Both the position numbers and the translations under genes were made by a program. The notes beneath the pieces are model-generated. The model saw only the letters and a list, made by a program, of their open reading frames with translations, searched no databases and was not told the DNA's origin. Shown here one piece after another: positions 59,659-64,000 of a stretch of 64,000 nt of DNA (within the stretch, counting starts at the first letter, position 1; every line of letters begins with the position of its first letter). Source of the stretch: Mobula hypostoma (Eukaryota). The stretch spans positions 137,208,001 to 137,272,000 of the forward strand of contig NC_086097.1 of NCBI RefSeq assembly GCF_963921235.1, written 5' to 3'.

Positions 59659-59839
59659 TGTGGTAAACCATATATCTGTTGTAACTGGGTTAACTGTCTG
59701 GACACGCCCCTCTGCTGACTGCCCCTGTATAAAGGTGTTTCGCCTTGCCCCTCCCCCTCAGTCCGGGGGCAGACAGTGAATAAAAGCTTTTCAGTATTTT
59801 ACCCTACTTCAGTCTTTTGGAGTTATTGAAGGTGCTTCA
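59659..59839 (+). mobile_element. Gypsy 5' LTR
   Basis: TG...CA termini, TATAAA near 59728, AATAAA at 59779; homologous to the solo LTR at 12602. Confidence 0.85.
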
Positions 59840-59864
59840 ATTTTATTCACTGTAATTTTAAAGC

Positions 59865-60580
59865 ATGGAACGCGCTCTGAGACCCAACAAGTTAGACCTT
59901 GACCCGCAAACACCTGAAGCTGGAAACGCTTTCGAACTCTGGCTGGCCTGCTTCGAAGCGTACCTAGAGGAGATTAAAGCGACCCACACCATAGCGAAGT
60001 GCAGAGTTCTGCTCTCCAGGGTCAGTCCAAGGGTCTATTCGCTGATCAGAGACCAGCCAAGCTACAACGGCGCAATGAGCGTACTCAAAGGACAATACCT
60101 GTGGCCAATAAACAGTGTCTACGCACGACATCGTTTAGCGGCTCAAAACCAGCAGCCCGAGGAATCAAGTGCTGAGTTCATCCAGGCCCTACGGACACTC
60201 GTGCAAGCCTGCAATTGCTAAGAACTGACGGCAGTACAGCATGCAGAACTCCTAATGAGAGACGCCTTCGTCACGGGGATTAGGTCAGTGTACGTGCGCC
60301 AGCAGCTGCTGGAAAAAGCCAATCTTACCCTAAGTGCGGCGATCGAGCTGGCTGATACATTGGAGGCTGCTCTGCGCAACTCTGAGGCTCTCCAGGCACG
60401 CGATCCCCCAATAGCCTCGTTGGCGCTGCAGATCCTGCAACCCGCCGGCGAATCGACCTCGGCTGCCGCCAGTCGCGAGTCCGCGAAGTGCTACTTCTGC
60501 GGACTCAAGAAGCACCCCCGGAAACGCTGCCTGGCTTGACAAGCTACCTGCTCCAGCTGCGGAAAGAAGGGCCACTGGAC
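59865..60580 (+). pseudogene. Gypsy gag pseudogene, 3'-truncated
   Basis: One frame with in-frame stops at 60219 and 60537; ARHRL, MRDAFVTGI, zinc knuckle CYFCGLKKHPRKRC and a partial second knuckle CSSCGKKGHW. Confidence 0.85.
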
Positions 60581-63500
60581 TTCTTCCAGTTTGGTGTACT
60601 GCACTCACTGGTCACCTTGGAGAAATCTAATTCACTTTACAGAACACAATACAAGGGGTACGGAGGCATGGGTCAATGGGACTAGGCAGAATAACAGTTC
60701 AGCATGGACTAGATGGGCCAAAGGGCCAGTTTGTCTGCTGTAGTGCTCCATGACTCTATAACATCTCCATTTCCCAAAGATGGCTCGGTGCTTCAAATTG
60801 TCCTTTAATTTCCCATCCCACTCCCACACTGGCTTCTTTGTCTTTGTGCTCTTGTGTAAATCCAACAAAATCCAGTACAAGCCTGTTCATTTTTCACTGG
60901 GTAGGTTACAGCCTTCAAGACACCGACTGCAAACATTTCAGATAACTGGTCTTTACGATTTGTTTCAGAATGAAAGGTCATCAGACTCTCCAGAAACTCT
61001 GAGTTCTCTTTCATTTAAGATTTCCAACAGCTGCAGTGGTTCATATCTCAGAGTTGGATCTCTGTTGTTTTCCTTCAACTGCCCTGTGCCCATTTCTGTC
61101 TATTCACATCCACTCCATACAGACTAACGGTGATGAACCGGCTGTCACTGCACTCTCCCAGCAGACCCCTCCACTGCTCGTGTCATTTAGTCATTCCCGG
61201 TCTTCGCTCTATCATCGACATTATCTTCATTCTCGCCATCCCTCCCCATTCTCTGCTACTGGAGACACACCCGATTTCTAACTTCACCCAGTTCTGGTGG
61301 AAAATCAGTGACCTAAAGCATTAACTCTGTCTTTCTCTCCACTGATGCTGCCATGTCCACTGTTTGCAGTAGGTCACCTTTATTGTCACAGGCATACCCA
61401 GGGAATAAATGCCATGAAAATTAGCTTTTTGCAACGGCAGCAAAATACATCATAAGCATAAATTGCACAATTAACATAACTTAGAGACAAAACAAAGTGG
61501 CATCATTAGTGTAAGTGCAGTCTATACACTGTAGTTTTGTGGAGAATTAGGGCTTTTCAGGTTGGTTTAAGAAAGAGATGTTTTTGAATTTAGAGGAGTT
61601 GGTCTCCAGGCTGCCGCACCTCCTGCCTGGTGGCAACAACAAGAAGATGGCTAGGTGGGTGCTGCCTTCCTGAGATACTGAGTTACAGAGCAATACAGCA
61701 CCAATACAGGCCCTTACCCCAACCAGTCCAGCTGACCACACTGCCCACTCAGTTGTTGGAAATGACTGATATTAAAAGAGCTTGTATAAATTACAGCAAT
61801 TTCACTCACATCGACTGATACAAATAGTTAATTGTCAAGAAAAGTGAATCCGATGGGTGATAGTCACTTATGAATTATGGGTGTAAATTCAAATGCCAGT
61901 GATTGCTGGGAGAATTATCTATGGTGGGTGTAACCACGGTATGAGTGAGGGAGCACGCAGTTCCACCACAGATACACTTGGTGGCGCTACAGTATTTGGC
62001 TGAAAGATACGTGTGCCAAAATGAAAAAGAATTACGGAAAAAAATCCAGGCACAGATACCTAATTTGTTTTTAATTCGATGAATTATGTTCATCTTCAAG
62101 GGGCAGTGCCTCAGGAGGGCCGCATCCATCACTGAAGAACCCCATATCTGGGAAATAGTCGCTTCTTGTTCCTACAGCTGGGAAGGATGACGAAGGCCAA
62201 TACTCATTGAATCAGAGACATCCTCTTCCCCTCAGTCGTCACGTTAATGAACAGTCCATGAACCCATGAACACTGTCTCATTATTCCATTTTTATCTGCA
62301 CTCTCTTTATTTTTGTTATTTATATTAATTTTTTGTCTTTACACGTGACACTGCCACAAAACAACACATTCCATGCTGCCTTAGTGATAATAAATTTGAT
62401 TCTAATTCTGATTCAGGAGCTGGGAAGTGGAACATTGAAGACTGACAGACGTCACTAGGTTTTGGAATGCTGTGCCATTCTAAGAAAACGGAAAGCAGGA
62501 AAGATCAACTCAAAATCAAAGGATCAGTCATGATCTTATTAAATGATGGAGTAATTTTGAGGAGTCAAATGGTCAACTCTGTTTCTGTTTCACATGAGGC
62601 TGTAAATATTCTAGCCTCTGTCTGTTTACAGAGACCTAAAATAGCCTTGGCCTGTTTGTGTCGAGGAACACGTTGGGCAGTGGAGGGTAGGTTTTAATAA
62701 TTTATGTAGAAATTAAATACAATTTAGAGTATTTGCTCCTGTTAACTGCCAATTACCTGTAACCCTAAAAATAGAAGCTGCATTTGTCTTATCAGGGAAC
62801 AGGAACAAATGCTCCGCTGTTGTATTTTTTTATCTGACAGACTAACAGCTGTTGTAAATGCACAGTTTAATAATCAGCTTTCCACTGTTATTGCAAGAGA
62901 AGCTTTTCATTAACACTTTTTTTTCTGCTGTCAGGCTACGAAAACAGGAAAGGAAAGCCAGGGATTTTTGTCAGTACAGAGCTGCTCTGATTTTCTAGCG
63001 GCAATGAAGCTTGGCTGTACAATCTTTATTGACAGCTGTTCACTGTGTCCTGACTCGAGCCCCCAGGCAATGAATTCCACTATGAACACTTACCAGATGC
63101 ATTTTTAATTTATTCTGATCCAGTATTTATCCATCAAGCAGCATAATTAAAACAGTTAAAACATTACCTCACAAATTGTTGGATCCAGCTGGGTGCAAAT
63201 TAATTGGGTCTCAGTTTAGATATTAACTAAATCATGGCGCCTTTGACAAGGCTGTACTAAAACAGTGCTGTACTGGTGTCTCAGCCAAGACTTTGCACTT
63301 AAACTGGGGTGGGCTCAAACTCAAATCTCTCTGATCAGATGTATCGGCCTGCTCATCCATAATAATACACGATTTGTGTGTGTGTGCGGGTGTGTATGTG
63401 GGACATTATTGTTCTTGTTACATTATCTTTTCTGCATTTTCTTCAGCGTAGTTGACAACAGATTGTGACAAATTACCCTGTTACTTTTTGCGGATTTAAT

Positions 63501-64000
63501 ATACAGAGGAAAGGATTGCATTCACGCACAGCACAAGGACAGACAACTTAGCCCAATCAGTCCATGCACACTGTTACCATGTCACAATCAGGACTCCTTT
63601 CATAAACTTGAATTCATCCAGAACCTTTCTAAGGTGCCTTTGTCCCAACCCAATCTAAATTCTATTCCTCGGTGCTTTTAAGCCCCATTGTAACTTGGTT
63701 CTGCATGGTCATTTCAATGATCTCAGGGTTCAGCCAGTGCTAATTCTGTAGTTAATTGGCTGAGCTCATAACTGGTGTAGTATGTTGAGAGGATAGCAGC
63801 AGTTAAACAAATCTGGTCAGTTCAAAATAGGTCCATACTATTTGTAGGGACCTACATTCTGATTGTAGAAGCCACCGGCTTCATGTGCCTCACAGTGGCA
63901 AATATCACCTCGAGGGCACAGCAGATGGGGCTGCTGCCCAATAGCTCCGGTCACCTGTGACCCTGACCTCGGGTGCCGTCTGTATGACGTTTGCACCTTT

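Overview
Repeat-rich vertebrate genomic DNA. The CR1, Rex1/Babar, V-SINE and Penelope repeat mix suggests a cartilaginous fish, probably a ray; this is inference only. Two protein-coding genes can be rebuilt by hand from splice sites. (1) On + lies an intact two-transmembrane ecto-NTPDase gene of ENTPD3 type: 9 coding exons, 30043-46021, 498 aa, with one GC-AG intron. Several normally invariant active-site residues are changed (ACR1 DAGASST, ACR2 GASAG, ACR4 DLGGASTE, base-stacking FYY>FYD) and one conserved disulfide is lost, while the catalytic Glu is kept. (2) On - lies RPL14: 6 exons, 138 aa, with a 5'TOP tract and a CpG/ETS/NRF1 promoter, convergent with the NTPDase gene. The rest is mostly nested transposon debris: CR1 and Rex1/Babar LINEs, hAT-Charlie and Harbinger MITEs, a folded-back Tc1 fragment, solo LTRs, and Penelope-like insertions with inversions, 13-14 bp TSDs and minimal hammerhead ribozymes. 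There is also a Gypsy 5'LTR+gag whose primer-binding position is a perfect 13-nt complement of its own LTR (probable self-priming). Most short ORFs in the track are spurious or TE fragments. Family assignments come from motif recognition, not database searches.
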